A stretch of 64,000 nt of DNA from assembly GCA_041653535.1 (NCBI GenBank), contig JBAZFH010000001.1, forward strand, positions 6,052 through 70,051. Direction: 5' to 3'. Shown piece by piece: positions 31,581-43,307 of this stretch (positions are counted from its first letter, which is position 1; every line of letters starts with the position of its first letter). The notes under the pieces were generated by a model. That model saw nothing but the letters and a program-made list of their open reading frames with translations. It did not search any database and was not told where the DNA came from. A program made the translations under genes and the position numbers. The DNA is from Patescibacteria group bacterium. Lineage in GTDB: Bacteria; Patescibacteriota; Patescibacteriia; JACRDY01.

Positions 31581-33815
31581 ATGAAAAAAATAGCACTTTT
31601 TGGGATTATTTGCAGTTTGTTGTTTTGGCAATTATTGCCAATTTTTACGTTAGCCGATGGTTGCTCGATAGTGATCATAGAGATCGGAGCCAGCGAAAAA
31701 ACCGATCACGAGTGGGTCAAGATTTTTAATCGTAGTAATGAAGACGTTGATTTAAATAATTGGAAATTTTATGAAGACAAGACTAATCACAAACTAACAT
31801 TGTTTCGCGGCGACAATTTTATAATCAATGCCGGACAATACGCCGTAATAGCACAAGCGGCGGAAAATTTTGTTAGTGACTATCCGGATTTTACCGGTGC
31901 GATACTAGACAGTTCGTGGGGTAGTCTGTCAGAACAAGGAGAAGAAATCGGATTAAAAGATTCTAGCGGAACAACGCAAGAATTATTTACTTATGTCGCT
32001 GTTAACGGTTTTATTTTAGAAAGAGTTGATCCGATGATTGATGATTATACGGCAAACAATTGGCGGACAAAAACAGCGACAACTAATCCGGGATCGTTCG
32101 ATCAAGAAGGTAATACCGATCCGGTTGTTCCTACTGACCCAAACGATGGGCAAAACGCTGTTTGTCAAAATTTAGATTTAAAAATTAATGAGTTTGTTTC
32201 CAGTCCGGCAGACGAGCAAGAGGAGTTTATCGAGTTGTATAATAATGGTGTTCAGGCAATTGATTTAACCAATTGGTCGGTAGAGGATGGATCAAAACGA
32301 GTGACGATGCTGACCGGAGAAGTAGAGTCGGGAGGTTTTTTCATTATAGATAAGCCAAAAGGCGTTCTCAATAACGATGGAGATTTGATCGTTTTGCGTT
32401 GCGCGCAAAAAATAATTGATCAAGTTGCCTACGGTGAGTGGAATGACAGCGATATTAGTAATAACATATTGGCTCCAGAGGATCCATATTCGGCAGCGCG
32501 TACGGTTGATGGTCAAGATAGTGACGTTGATAGTATTGATTGGCAAGTAACAACAAATATTACTCGCGGAGCGGCAAATATTATTATTACCCCACCATCA
32601 CCGCCGTCATCTGGAAGAACCGTCGTGGTAACAGGAGATGATGCTGATATGGAAAACGATGAGGCGGCTACAATCATGGAAAATAGTTTGGACGCACCGA
32701 TAGAAAAAATTATTATTAATGAAATTTTTCCAAACCCCGCCGGTATTGATCGCGAAAAAGAGTTTATCGAATTGAAAAATATTGACATCATTGACGTTGA
32801 TTTGGACGGCTGGATAGTGAGTAAAGGCGGGTTTGATTATCATATTAAAAAAGATGATTTTTTTAGCACCGTAATACCGGTTGGCGGACTGTTTGTTTTG
32901 CCGCGAAAAGTGACCAATATTGCCCTAAAAAATACCGGAAAAGAGGTTGTTTCTTTAGAAAATACCAGAAAAATGACGGTTGATAAGGCGGAATATTCTG
33001 CCAGAGGAATAGAGGAAGAATGGAGTTATTCTTTGTTTGCTAATGGTTGGCAGTGGACACTACAAATAACTCCGGAACAAGAAAATGTTTTGGAAAAAAT
33101 AAGTTTAGCACCGTTGGCGTCATTAGTTCTAATAAAAAATTCTCGACCCAAAACAGGAGAGAAAATAATTTTTGACGCAACCGATTCAACCGATCCGGAC
33201 GGAGACGCGCTAGACTATCGTTGGAATTTTGGCGATGAAAATTTTGGCAGTGGGGAAATGACCGAACATGTTTATGCGTCATCAGGAAAATACGAGATAG
33301 TTTTAACTGTTGATGACGGTCGCGGTAAGAGTGATATCCTGAAAAAGAAAATTACTATTTATCCGGCGCCGGTTGAAGAAAAAGAAGAAGTTGATGTCGA
33401 GATAGCTGGTAGCAGGTCCAGCGTTGTAGAAAAAGCGAGCGCTACAAATATTGGTAAGACGATGAAAACAAGCGGTGAGGTGATAGAAAAAAACGGACAA
33501 AAAATTTGGCTGGATGATAATGGTGATGAAAGTCTGGTCTATATCAGCAAAACTCTAGGAATCAAAATGTCCAGTTTTAGTATCGGTCAAAAGTTGGAAG
33601 TAACCGGCGTGGTCAAAAAATATCAAGATGAATATCGGATTTGTCCTCGTGATAAAAATGATATTATTTTTATTAACAATGAGCCGCAGATTCTGGGTGC
33701 GGAAACAACGAAACAGCGAGACGATTGGGTAAAATTGGCGCTGATCGGAGGAATGATTATCGTGGCGGTTGTTACCGCGATTATTATTAAGATAAAAAAT
33801 AAAATATCAAAATAA
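31581..33815 (+). CDS. Secreted lamin-tail-domain (x3) + PKD domain protein with C-terminal TM anchor
   Basis: Repeated INE......EFIEL.N......DL..W modules; FDA..S.DPDGD.L.Y.W.FGD PKD motif. Confidence 0.88.
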   Translation: MKKIALFGIICSLLFWQLLPIFTLADGCSIVIIEIGASEKTDHEWVKIFNRSNEDVDLNNWKFYEDKTNHKLTLFRGDNFIINAGQYAVIAQAAENFVSDYPDFTGAILDSSWGSLSEQGEEIGLKDSSGTTQELFTYVAVNGFILERVDPMIDDYTANNWRTKTATTNPGSFDQEGNTDPVVPTDPNDGQNAVCQNLDLKINEFVSSPADEQEEFIELYNNGVQAIDLTNWSVEDGSKRVTMLTGEVESGGFFIIDKPKGVLNNDGDLIVLRCAQKIIDQVAYGEWNDSDISNNILAPEDPYSAARTVDGQDSDVDSIDWQVTTNITRGAANIIITPPSPPSSGRTVVVTGDDADMENDEAATIMENSLDAPIEKIIINEIFPNPAGIDREKEFIELKNIDIIDVDLDGWIVSKGGFDYHIKKDDFFSTVIPVGGLFVLPRKVTNIALKNTGKEVVSLENTRKMTVDKAEYSARGIEEEWSYSLFANGWQWTLQITPEQENVLEKISLAPLASLVLIKNSRPKTGEKIIFDATDSTDPDGDALDYRWNFGDENFGSGEMTEHVYASSGKYEIVLTVDDGRGKSDILKKKITIYPAPVEEKEEVDVEIAGSRSSVVEKASATNIGKTMKTSGEVIEKNGQKIWLDDNGDESLVYISKTLGIKMSSFSIGQKLEVTGVVKKYQDEYRICPRDKNDIIFINNEPQILGAETTKQRDDWVKLALIGGMIIVAVVTAIIIKIKNKISK

Positions 33816-33963
33816 AAAATATGATCATTTAAACTTTGAAACTTAAAATCAAAATATTATCGGTGTCAGTATTTAAATAATAATGAAAAGCAAAGAATAT
33901 TTTTTAATTTTGAGTTGTATTCTTGTCTTTGACTTTCTTGCTGCCATACTGGATAATAGATCT

Positions 33964-34599
33964 ATGGTCAAAAAGTTAGTTTTATTGGCAGTTTTAATAG
34001 TAGCGGTGTTTGCCGCCGGTTTTATTTTTATTTATTTTATTAATGATCAGCGTGAAGAAACAAGCCTTAATAAGCAATCGACTGATTATTATGATAGTTT
34101 AGCCGAGGGTTGTCCGGTTGATGAAAATCAGCAAGTTTGCTGCTTGCTTTCCGTGGGAGAGATGCGCCAGTCCGGATTTTTATTGGTGCCGCAAGAAGGC
34201 TGTCCGCAAGGACAGTGGGAAAAACAGTTGGATTGTGCCGGTAGCTACAAATGGTGTCGGGTTATGACAGAAAGTGATTTAGTTTGGCAGAAGGAAGAAA
34301 AAGAGCGTGAAGACGAACTGGGGATTTGTCGGTATGAAGACAGCGAGTATTTTATCGAAGCGATTTGTAATCAGCTGGTGGTGCGTTTATCTGGCGGAAT
34401 TTTGGATAGCCAAAAGGGAGAGATTGAAAAAACAATCAAAAAATATAACGGTCAGTATTTGCAGCGTTTGCTACAGGATACTTATTGGGTTGTTTTTATT
34501 TCTCAGCGCGATGATCTGCTCGCGTTAAAATCAGAATTGACCAGCAGAGATAACGTTAACGTTTTTTTTAACGTTATTTCCACTGTTTTAAAGAATTAA
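33964..34599 (+). CDS. Cys-rich membrane-anchored hypothetical protein
   Basis: N-terminal TM, CC/GCP/C...YKWC pattern; start uncertain (33883 possible). Confidence 0.65.
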   Translation: MVKKLVLLAVLIVAVFAAGFIFIYFINDQREETSLNKQSTDYYDSLAEGCPVDENQQVCCLLSVGEMRQSGFLLVPQEGCPQGQWEKQLDCAGSYKWCRVMTESDLVWQKEEKEREDELGICRYEDSEYFIEAICNQLVVRLSGGILDSQKGEIEKTIKKYNGQYLQRLLQDTYWVVFISQRDDLLALKSELTSRDNVNVFFNVISTVLKN

Positions 34600-34685
34600 A
34601 AAGAAAAAAATAGACCTCTTTAACTTTTGTTTAAGAGGTCTTTTAAATTTGTTTTATTTCAAGTTCAGATTTTAGTTCTCGATAA

Positions 34686-34889
34686 TTAGTTGGCATTATT
34701 TTTTTCCTGTGTTTTTTCTTCGTAGAAAACGGTTAAATAGGTGCGCACGGCTTGCTTTCCAAAAGAGACGGGAATCGCAGCTGAGCTTTGGCTGGCTGTG
34801 ATAAGCTGAATGGAATTGATAAATTTGTTGAATTCTTTCAACTGTTCATCGGTTGGAGCGCCGTTAAAAACAAAAAACTTCGCTTTCAT
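34686..34889 (-). CDS. Small hypothetical protein
   Basis: 67 aa, AGGAGG RBS, terminator at 34612-34642. Confidence 0.65.
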   Translation of the reverse strand: MKAKFFVFNGAPTDEQLKEFNKFINSIQLITASQSSAAIPVSFGKQAVRTYLTVFYEEKTQEKNNAN

Positions 34890-35029
34890 TTTTTTACCTC
34901 CTTTCTTGCGTTGTTTTGGTTTTTGTCACGGTCTGTTTTGATTGTATTATAATATAATCAGCCGGTCAAAAGCCGTTAAATTGATATTTATCTTTTATCG
35001 ATTTTTTGCTACAATATTTACATAGTTTT

Positions 35030-36166
35030 ATGAAAAACATTATAGAAGGGTCGCGAGCAGTGGCTCTAACAATCAAAATGTGTAAACCGGGAGTAGTGTC
35101 GGCTTATCCCATTACTCCGCAAACCCATATTGTAGAAGATTTGGCGCGTTTCAAAGCTGACGGTGAAGCCGACTATCAATATTTAATAGCGGAAAGCGAA
35201 TTTGCCGCTGCTTCGATAGTGTTGGGTTCGTCACTTGGCGGTGTGCGGTCTTACACGGCTTCTTCTTCACAAGGACTGCTTTTAATGACTGAAGTATTAT
35301 TTAGTATTGCCGGACTGCGCGCGCCGATTGTGCTGACTTGTGCCAATCGGGCGATATCGTCGCCGATTAATATTTGGAACGACCAGCAAGACGCATTAAC
35401 CATGCGCGACAGCGGTTGGATCATGCTTTACTGCGAAGACAATCAAGAAGCGATTGATTTGCATATTCAAGCGTATAAAATAGCTGAAGCGGTAAAATTT
35501 CCGGTAATGGTAAATATGGATGGTTTTATTTTGACGCATACTTATGAACCAGTAGATTTGCCCGGTCAAAAAGAAGTTGATGCTTTTTTACCCGCCTATA
35601 AACCTAAGAGAGGTTTTTATTTGGATTCGAAGAATCCCGCAAGTTTTGGACCGTTTGTTACGCCGACGACATATATGGAGCAGCGTCAAGAAATGTTTGG
35701 AGATTTCATCGGGAGTAAGACGGTGATAAAAAAAGTTGCTGCCGAGTTTGCAAAAAAATTTGGGCGTAAACAAGGCGATGGCTTGGTTGAGTATATTGGC
35801 AGTGGTAACGAAGACGTGGTGCTTGTCGCGATGGGTTCGATAGTAGGGACATTACGGGAAAGTAAGAAGGGGGTTAATTTTGGAATATTAAAGATAAAAA
35901 CTTTTCGGCCGTTTCCGGACGAAGAAGTTTTGAAAAAACTAAGCAAGGCAAAATACATCGCTGTGGTTGATAAGTCGATTTCTATGGGAGCCGAAGGAAT
36001 ATTAGCTATGGAATTAAAGCGCGTTAGCTGTGGAAGGCTAAAAGGTAGGATAAAAAGTTTTGTTGTTGGTTTGGGCGGTAAAGATATTACTATTGGTGTA
36101 ATAGAAAAAATAGTAAAAGAAGTTAAAAAGTCAGATGACAAAATCGCCTGGGTTTATCCAGAATAA
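35030..36166 (+). CDS. porA: Pyruvate/2-oxoacid:ferredoxin oxidoreductase alpha subunit
   Basis: AYPITPQT, ESE.AA, TASSSQGL, NRA, DGF..TH, FRPFP. Confidence 0.92.
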   Translation: MKNIIEGSRAVALTIKMCKPGVVSAYPITPQTHIVEDLARFKADGEADYQYLIAESEFAAASIVLGSSLGGVRSYTASSSQGLLLMTEVLFSIAGLRAPIVLTCANRAISSPINIWNDQQDALTMRDSGWIMLYCEDNQEAIDLHIQAYKIAEAVKFPVMVNMDGFILTHTYEPVDLPGQKEVDAFLPAYKPKRGFYLDSKNPASFGPFVTPTTYMEQRQEMFGDFIGSKTVIKKVAAEFAKKFGRKQGDGLVEYIGSGNEDVVLVAMGSIVGTLRESKKGVNFGILKIKTFRPFPDEEVLKKLSKAKYIAVVDKSISMGAEGILAMELKRVSCGRLKGRIKSFVVGLGGKDITIGVIEKIVKEVKKSDDKIAWVYPE

Positions 36167-36177
36167 AATATAATTTT

Positions 36178-37065
36178 GTGCCAGAAAAAATATTAAAACA
36201 CAATCCTTTGTTTAACCCCGGTCACACGGCTTGTGCTGGTTGCGGTCAGGCAATGACAATACAGCATATTACCAAAGCTCTTGGTAGCGATGTTGTGATT
36301 GTTAATGCTACTGGTTGTTCGGAAGTATATTCGTCAAAATACGGCGAATCAGCGTGGGGACAACCTTGGGTACATAGTCTTTTTGAAAATTCTGCGCCGC
36401 TTGGTAGTGGTATTGCAGCGGCGTTACATCAAAGGGGAAATAAAACTACTCGTGTGGTGGTCCAAGGTGGAGACGGCGCGACTTTTGACATTGGTTTTGG
36501 TTTGATCTCCGGTATGTGGGAACGCGGTGATGACGTTCTTTATATTTGTTATGATAACGAAGCTTACATGAATACGGGCGTACAGTCTTCTGGTTCCACG
36601 CCGCATTTTGCGAATACCACAACTACTCCGGCCGGCAAAAAAAATCATGGCAGCCAGCAGTATAAAAAAAATATGATTGACGTGGCGCTTGCTCACGGAC
36701 TGCGTTATATGGCGACAACAACCTGCGGTTACCTTGATGACATTGAAAATAAGGTCAGAAAAGCCATGACTTTTTCCGGACCGCGATATATCCAGATCCT
36801 GACCACTTGCGTTCCCGGTTGGGGAACCAAAGAAGATATGGCTGTTGATCTTGGTAAGCTGGCAAGCGAAACCGGCCTATATCCTGTTTTGGAATATATT
36901 GACGGTGCTTTGGTAAACAAAATGAAAGTAACAAAGCCAAAACCAGTGGAAGAATATCTAAAACACCAAAAACGTTTTATCCATATTATAAAAGATCCTG
37001 AACGTTTGGCCTGGGTACAAGGTTTGGCGAAACGGAATATCAATAAATACGGACTTGATAAGTAA
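36178..37065 (+). CDS. porB: Pyruvate/2-oxoacid:ferredoxin oxidoreductase beta subunit
   Basis: GH.ACAGC, ATGC, GGDG..FDIG, DNEAYMNTG.Q.S..TP TPP-binding motif. Confidence 0.92.
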   Translation: MPEKILKHNPLFNPGHTACAGCGQAMTIQHITKALGSDVVIVNATGCSEVYSSKYGESAWGQPWVHSLFENSAPLGSGIAAALHQRGNKTTRVVVQGGDGATFDIGFGLISGMWERGDDVLYICYDNEAYMNTGVQSSGSTPHFANTTTTPAGKKNHGSQQYKKNMIDVALAHGLRYMATTTCGYLDDIENKVRKAMTFSGPRYIQILTTCVPGWGTKEDMAVDLGKLASETGLYPVLEYIDGALVNKMKVTKPKPVEEYLKHQKRFIHIIKDPERLAWVQGLAKRNINKYGLDK

Positions 37066-37331
37066 AAAATGATACGGCGGTTTTTCGCTAGAGCTTTGTA
37101 AAGTTGAAAGAATAATTAAGAAATTTTAAAAACCATAGAGAAGTCTTTGGTTTTTTTGTTTTTGTCATCATGTCGGGCAAGTCCGCCAGTTGGCAGACCC
37201 CCAAACCACCGAGACGGATCGTTTTGTTACTGTAAGTGGGGGTGCTTTTTTGCTACCGTGCCTCTCTATTGATAAAAGTTAAAAAGTACTGTACAATTCT
37301 TTTTAACGTTTTTATCCACATTTATTATTTT

Positions 37332-40148
37332 ATGGCGAACCAAATAAAGATTCGTGGCGCTCGGGTGAATAACCTCAAAAATATTAATGTTGATATTCCC
37401 AAAGATAAATTGGTGATTATTACCGGTTTGTCAGGATCTGGTAAATCGTCGCTTGCTTTTGACACGATTTACGCCGAAGGTCAGCGTCGTTACGTTGATT
37501 CTCTTTCTTCGTATGCGCGGCAGTTTATGGGAGTGATAGAAAAGCCGGATGTCGACTCTATTGAAGGTTTGTCGCCTGCTATTGCTATCGATCAGCGTAG
37601 TGTTAGCCATAATCCTCGCTCGACCGTTGGTACTGTGACTGAAATATATGATTATTTACGTTTGTTGTTTTCCAAACTCGGTCATCGATTTTGTCATCAG
37701 TGCGGCAGTGAGGTAACTAAGCAGACTTTAGAGGAAATAACTAGCATGGTTTTGAAGCTGGAAGCCGGTGAATATTATTTGGTCGCCCCGGTGGTAAAAA
37801 GTCAAAAAGGGGAACAAAAGAAAGTGGTTTCTGGTATTACCAAATCTGGGTATCTTGGACTAGTCGTCGATGGGCAGTTTTTTCATGTTGATCAGCTGTC
37901 AACCATTAAAATAGATAAAGCGGAAAAACACGATGTTGATATAGTTTTATCCAAAATAAAAATCAACGGTGACAATCAAAAGATTTCCGAGCTAGTAAAA
38001 GTGGCGCTCGATCTTGGTAACGGTGAGCTGAAAGTAAAGAAGGTAAATGGCGGAGATTTTACCGGCAAAGAATATAATTTTTCTCAATATTATACTTGTC
38101 CCAGTTGTGGCATCACTCTTTCGGAAATCGAGCCGCGATCTTTTTCTTTTAACTCACCGCAAGGAGCGTGCGCTGCCTGTGCCGGTCTAGGTGTTAAAAT
38201 GGAAGTTGATCCTGATTTGATAATTCCTAATCGTAAATTAACTATTGCTGAAGGCGCGATTAAGCCTTGGGTGCGCATGGTTGGTGGTCAGACCGGTCAA
38301 TATAAGCTACTCGAAGCCATGTCTAAGGAAAATGGTTTTTCGATTCATCAACCTTTGGAGAAAATAAAAGCTGACCAAATCGATATTATTTTGTATGGTA
38401 CGGGCGCCAAAAAATATCTTATTGGGTCGCAAGAGCAAGTATATGAAGGAGTGATCCCGCAGCTTGAACGCCGCTATCGCGAAAGCGATTCTGATTTTAT
38501 GCGTTCGGAAATCGAAGGTTATATGCGTTCAATGATTTGTCCTTCTTGTCATGGTCAGCGTCTAAAAAAAGAAAGTTTGTCCGTCAAAGTCGGTGGACTG
38601 AATATCGCCCAAGTGGTGGCACTTAATATTAATGACGCAGGAGTTTATTTTAAGGGATTGGAAAAATTATTTGATAAAAAAGAAAAACAGATCGGTAGTC
38701 AGATTATCCGCGAGGTATTAGCCCGTATTGATTATATTAAGGGTGTCGGGTTAGATTATTTGGCACTTGATCGTAGCGCTGGTACGCTATCCGGTGGTGA
38801 AGCGCAAAGGATTCGTCTGGCTACTCAAATGGGGTCGGGATTATCCGGCGTTATCTATATCCTCGATGAACCGTCGATTGGTCTGCACCAAAAAGACAAT
38901 GCTAAACTAATTAAAACCCTTAAAGAGCTGCGCAATATTGGCAATTCAGTAGTGGTTGTTGAACACGACGAAATGATTATTCGCGAAGCTGACGAAATTA
39001 TAGACATCGGTCCCGGCGCCGGCACTTATGGCGGACACGTGATCGCCCAAGGCACGCTCAAAGAAATTTTAAGCAACAAAAAATCTTTAACCGGACAATA
39101 TCTATCCGGTAAGAAGAAAATTGATACCCCTAGCGAATACCGTAAGGGTAATGGCAAGTCTATCGAGATTGTCGGTGCTAAGGCGTTTAATCTCAAAAAT
39201 ATCAGTGTTAAACTGCCGCTTGGCAAATTTGTTTGCTTCACCGGCGTTTCCGGTTCAGGTAAATCAACTCTAATGACTGAGATCCTTGCCAAGGCTTTAT
39301 CCCGACATTTTTATCGCGCCAAAGATTTGCCGGGAGAGCATAAAGAAATAAAAGGTTTAGAAAATATTGACAAGGTGATTTCCATCGATCAATCGCCAAT
39401 TGGTCGGACACCGCGCAGTAATCCGGCTACCTATACCGGTGTTTTTACTTACATCCGTGATTTGTTTACCCAATTACCGGAAGCCAAGATTCGTGGTTAT
39501 GATGCCGGTAAATTTAGTTTTAATGTTAAGGGCGGACGTTGCGAATCCTGTGGTGGCGACGGACTCGTTCGTATCGAAATGCAGTTTTTGTCGGACGTTT
39601 ATGTTCTCTGTGACGAATGTCACGGTCAGCGTTACCAAAAAGAAATACTAGAAGTACATTTCCGCAATAAAAATATCGCTGATATCCTAGACATGACTGT
39701 CGAAGAAGCTAAATACTTTTTTTCCGATAAACCGATTATTGCCGAAAAACTCAGCACGCTATCAGAAGTCGGACTGGGCTATGTTAAGCTTGGTCAGTCA
39801 GCCACTACACTGTCTGGCGGTGAAGCTCAGCGTGTCAAACTGGCAACCGAGCTAGCTCGCCGTTCGACTGGTAACACTCTGTATATTCTCGACGAGCCGA
39901 CCACCGGTCTTCATTTTGATGATATTAAAAGACTGCTCGCTGTTTTGCAGCGTTTGGTAGATAAGGGAAACACCGTACTGGTTATAGAGCATAATTTGGA
40001 AGTGATAAAATCTGCCGACTGGGTGATTGATCTTGGACCAGAGGGTGGCGACAAAGGCGGAGAAATAGTAGCGCAGGGAACGCCGGAAGATATTGCCAAA
40101 GAAAAAAGAAGTTTTACCGGACAATACCTGAAGAGCGTTTTGGATTAG
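37332..40148 (+). CDS. uvrA: Excinuclease ABC subunit A
   Basis: [23 protein letters not shown], two ABC domains, LSGGEAQR twice, Zn fingers. Confidence 0.97.
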   Translation: MANQIKIRGARVNNLKNINVDIPKDKLVIITGLSGSGKSSLAFDTIYAEGQRRYVDSLSSYARQFMGVIEKPDVDSIEGLSPAIAIDQRSVSHNPRSTVGTVTEIYDYLRLLFSKLGHRFCHQCGSEVTKQTLEEITSMVLKLEAGEYYLVAPVVKSQKGEQKKVVSGITKSGYLGLVVDGQFFHVDQLSTIKIDKAEKHDVDIVLSKIKINGDNQKISELVKVALDLGNGELKVKKVNGGDFTGKEYNFSQYYTCPSCGITLSEIEPRSFSFNSPQGACAACAGLGVKMEVDPDLIIPNRKLTIAEGAIKPWVRMVGGQTGQYKLLEAMSKENGFSIHQPLEKIKADQIDIILYGTGAKKYLIGSQEQVYEGVIPQLERRYRESDSDFMRSEIEGYMRSMICPSCHGQRLKKESLSVKVGGLNIAQVVALNINDAGVYFKGLEKLFDKKEKQIGSQIIREVLARIDYIKGVGLDYLALDRSAGTLSGGEAQRIRLATQMGSGLSGVIYILDEPSIGLHQKDNAKLIKTLKELRNIGNSVVVVEHDEMIIREADEIIDIGPGAGTYGGHVIAQGTLKEILSNKKSLTGQYLSGKKKIDTPSEYRKGNGKSIEIVGAKAFNLKNISVKLPLGKFVCFTGVSGSGKSTLMTEILAKALSRHFYRAKDLPGEHKEIKGLENIDKVISIDQSPIGRTPRSNPATYTGVFTYIRDLFTQLPEAKIRGYDAGKFSFNVKGGRCESCGGDGLVRIEMQFLSDVYVLCDECHGQRYQKEILEVHFRNKNIADILDMTVEEAKYFFSDKPIIAEKLSTLSEVGLGYVKLGQSATTLSGGEAQRVKLATELARRSTGNTLYILDEPTTGLHFDDIKRLLAVLQRLVDKGNTVLVIEHNLEVIKSADWVIDLGPEGGDKGGEIVAQGTPEDIAKEKRSFTGQYLKSVLD

Positions 40149-40207
40149 TAGTTAGTGGTTAGAATTTTTATAAGCTGGTGGGTGACTGCCGGCTTTTTAG
40201 TTGGGGA

Positions 40208-40322
40208 AACACGTCCGGCACCCCCTCTGCCTCCCCCTTGGCAGGGGGAGAATTATAAGACAGACTCCGTCTAGTCTCCTCCCCTGCTAAGGGGAGGAAC
40301 AAGGAGGGGTGCTGGACGTGTT
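40208..40322. repeat. Palindromic MITE/REP-like element
   Basis: Terminal IR AACACGTCCGGCACCCCCT / AGGGGGTGCTGGACGTGTT with two internal CTCCCC...GGGGAG hairpins. Confidence 0.6.
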
Positions 40323-40416
40323 CGTTCTAATAATTGACATTATTGTTTTAATATGGTAAAAATAGGAATTAGATTTTTGACAATAAAAACCATGATATAA
40401 AAGAAGGGAGTACAAA

Positions 40417-40890
40417 ATGGTTGAGATGATTAAGAGGCTATGGGATTGGCTTGATTTTGGTGTCCTTCCTGACGATGGTTATATCAGAGGAGGATGGTGT
40501 GGATCGTTGGTACTTTTGTTAGTTGGTCTAGGAGGAACTTTACTGCTTATAGATCTTCTGGCTGGTACCAAGGCAGAAGATTACCTTGTTGCGGCGATAA
40601 TTATCGGCATGCTTCTTTCGATGTGGGGCATGTGCGGTTTCATGTTCAAGACGCCGGGATTTGCTCGGAGCTTTCGTTATTCATATCAAGTCATCGGACT
40701 TGGTCCTGCTAGCGCAGGTTCCAGTATTCCACTAAAAGGTGGAATTATGGACGGTAGCATGATTTGTTGGCGGAAAATTTTTTCAAGCAGAGAAAGCGCT
40801 TTGGCGTTTGTGTGTTCAAACTCAAATCGTTTGAACGTGAGAAAGGACACGGGTCGAAAAATCTTTGTCTGGGACTTTTATGCCGAGTAA
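40417..40890 (+). CDS. Hypothetical membrane protein
   Basis: Two TM helices; GAAGGGAG RBS. Confidence 0.6.
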   Translation: MVEMIKRLWDWLDFGVLPDDGYIRGGWCGSLVLLLVGLGGTLLLIDLLAGTKAEDYLVAAIIIGMLLSMWGMCGFMFKTPGFARSFRYSYQVIGLGPASAGSSIPLKGGIMDGSMICWRKIFSSRESALAFVCSNSNRLNVRKDTGRKIFVWDFYAE

Positions 40891-41230
40891 AAAGGAGGAA
40901 AAAAAAGTGTCCTACCCGATAAAGCCGAGTGATATCAACGCTGAGAGTCTACCGCTCGCTTTTTCCGGCAACGAGGAGTCAAAGAAATTTATCACCGCCC
41001 TTATTTTGTTGGCACAAAAGAACGGTGACTGGCGGGATTTCTATTTAAAGCAATTAACCGTTCAGTGCCGCTCCGGGAAATTTGAAAGGTTTTTTGTCTC
41101 CAACGGACTGATCAAGAAAAATGCCGACAAAACATATTCTTTTACTCACGGGTTTGTCGCCAGATGTTTTGTTGGGGCGCCGGCGACAGAAGATCTTTCT
41201 CTATGGAGAAAGATTGAGTTCAAAAAATAA
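40880..41230 (+). CDS. Hypothetical protein
   Basis: ORF coupled to the upstream gene; AGGAGG before a GTG near 40907 may mark the true start; terminator follows. Confidence 0.6.
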   Translation: MPSKKEEKKVSYPIKPSDINAESLPLAFSGNEESKKFITALILLAQKNGDWRDFYLKQLTVQCRSGKFERFFVSNGLIKKNADKTYSFTHGFVARCFVGAPATEDLSLWRKIEFKK

Positions 41231-41435
41231 CAACAATCAACCAAAAACCCTGCGCATGTAGTGCGGGGTTTTTATTTTTGGCATCTCTTGTCCCGGCCAA
41301 AACGGGTCGAAGCTCGGCGCATCCGCTCAGGGCGGACCCCGGACCCCCGCGGTTTTAACAACTTAATATTTTTTGATTTAAAACAATATTGTAAAAGTAG
41401 AAGCGGCGGAAGGTGTTTTTCCGCCGCATCGGTTT

Positions 41436-42332
41436 TTAGACCGATTGTTGGTTGTAGCGTCGCACGTAGAGTGTTGGCGCCCAGGGGCGCAGGAGAAAGA
41501 TCGAGCCAAAGGTCACGGCCTTAGCGCCCTGTTTTTCCGCCTTAGCGATGTCTTGGTAAGACCAGATGCTCGGCCAAACGGTTGGCATGATTTGGCTGAG
41601 TTCACTCGCCATTTGCCAGGTAAGATGCTGGACAATTTTTCCCGACACACCGCCACCACCGAAGTGATCCAGCGGGCTAGTTCTGCTAGGAAAAGCGTAG
41701 CGCCAGGGGACCGAATTGATTTGCACTGCCTCGGCGATGCCAGATAGAGATGTGGCCGTAAGTAGGTAGTTTTTTTGCGGGTCATAGCCAAGTTTGATCA
41801 GCAGTGGCAGGCAAGTTAGTTCTTTTACTTTTCGGCAGGTGGCGACAAGGTCGGTAGGCAAGCCGCATTCTTGGACGTTGGGACAAGAAATATTGATCTC
41901 GATGCCAACAATTTTCTTGCTGCTTAGCTTGCCGTCAGCCATTTCTTGTTTGATTACCGTCGCCATATTTTCTAGCTCTTGGTTGCTACCAAAAATCGAG
42001 ATGACGACTGGTAGGTCGCTCGGAATTTTTGGCGCGTGTTTTGCTAGCCAACCATTGATGCCGGGATTACGCATGCCGACAGCGTTAACTGTACCATGTC
42101 GCAAAACCCTTACGGTTTTGACTAGCCCGACGCCTTGGCCATTTCCGGCTCGCGGATTTTGTGTAATGGTTTTGAGAACGACGGTAAAGAGATTTGGTTG
42201 TAGCAGGTTAACCCAATGCAGTGGTGCCTCCCATGACCAACCGCGGCCGTCAAAACCGAGTGCGCCAGAAGCAACGATAAATTTGAGCTCGTGGTCGTTT
42301 GATAGAGTGATGCCGTTAATTTTTGTTTGCAT
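41436..42332 (-). CDS. pyrD: Dihydroorotate dehydrogenase family 1-like protein
   Basis: VASG, KT.T..PR.GN, NAVGM.NPG, EINISCPNV (catalytic Cys), KL, GG.SG. Confidence 0.75.
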   Translation of the reverse strand: MQTKINGITLSNDHELKFIVASGALGFDGRGWSWEAPLHWVNLLQPNLFTVVLKTITQNPRAGNGQGVGLVKTVRVLRHGTVNAVGMRNPGINGWLAKHAPKIPSDLPVVISIFGSNQELENMATVIKQEMADGKLSSKKIVGIEINISCPNVQECGLPTDLVATCRKVKELTCLPLLIKLGYDPQKNYLLTATSLSGIAEAVQINSVPWRYAFPSRTSPLDHFGGGGVSGKIVQHLTWQMASELSQIMPTVWPSIWSYQDIAKAEKQGAKAVTFGSIFLLRPWAPTLYVRRYNQQSV

Positions 42333-42450
42333 TCTATACTCCTTTGCTCCCGCAAAAAAAGCCCACCGCTATTTTCGATGGGATTTGGTGGTTGTAAAAG
42401 AACCACGGTTGCTATCAAAAACCCCCCGCATTAATGCGGGGGGTTAGAAC

Positions 42451-42960
42451 TTACTTCTTTATAATTGTTTCTTTCAGTCTTTTGCTCCAGTTGCGGAGGA
42501 AATAGAGTTTACTGCGACGTACTTTGGCTTGTTTAACCACTTCTAGCTTGGCAACATTTGGCGAACGGAGAGGAAATATCTTTTCTACTCCGATACCGTC
42601 GGAAACCTTGCGAACAGTGATAGTAGCGCCGGCTTCGTTGCCATGTTTATGAGCGATGATCATACCTTCATAAATCTGGATTCTTTCTTTTTCTTCGCCC
42701 TTGGTATTTGTTTCTTTAATTTTTTGGTGAACGCGAACGGTCATACCCGGACGGATGTCGGAGAAGTCTTTAACTTCTTCTACGGCAGCAGGGGAGATCT
42801 CTTCTGGAGTTGGTTCTTCATTAGCAGTTGGAGCGGCTTCTGCTACTGGAGTTTCTGTCGCCGGTGTTTCTACTACTGGAGTAGTTTCCGGTGTTGGTTC
42901 GGCAGTCTGTGGAGCAACGTTATCGGTTGCAGCCTGATTTTGAGTATTTTCTTCTGTCAT
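42451..42960 (-). CDS. rplS: 50S ribosomal protein L19 with acidic Pro/Thr-rich N-terminal extension
   Basis: PG.TVRVH.KI.E..KERIQ.YEG..I, TVRK.S.G.GVEK.FP..SP, KVRR.KLYFLR. Confidence 0.95.
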   Translation of the reverse strand: MTEENTQNQAATDNVAPQTAEPTPETTPVVETPATETPVAEAAPTANEEPTPEEISPAAVEEVKDFSDIRPGMTVRVHQKIKETNTKGEEKERIQIYEGMIIAHKHGNEAGATITVRKVSDGIGVEKIFPLRSPNVAKLEVVKQAKVRRSKLYFLRNWSKRLKETIIKK

Positions 42961-43083
42961 ATGGTTTTTTATTTATTGCCCCTATTTTAGCGGAATATTA
43001 ATATAATGTCAAGATATGGGAAAAGAGGCAAAATAGCCTCTTTTTAAAAGAAGTTAAAGTTGGTTCATTGACAATACGTTTCG

Positions 43084-43279
43084 CTCTCATGCCGCCTGCC
43101 TGCCGGTAGGCAGGGGCGGGCACTTACTTTTTGTAACCAAAAAGTAAGCAAAAAGTTCCGGGGGCGCAAGTAAGCGCGTGTCCTTATCACCTTAAGGTTT
43201 CCTTACCCCGCCCCGCCCCTGCAGACCATAATTACCGAAACGGTTCGGGGCTTGGCGCGGCTTTCGCCCCCGGACCCCC
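43084..43279. repeat. ~190-bp structured dispersed repeat, copy 1
   Basis: CTCATGCCG...hairpin...CACCTTAAGG...CCCCCGGACCCCC shared with the copies at 57450 and 59188. Confidence 0.7.
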
Positions 43280-43307
43280 GAGAAGAAAAACACGATACAC
43301 TGATTTA

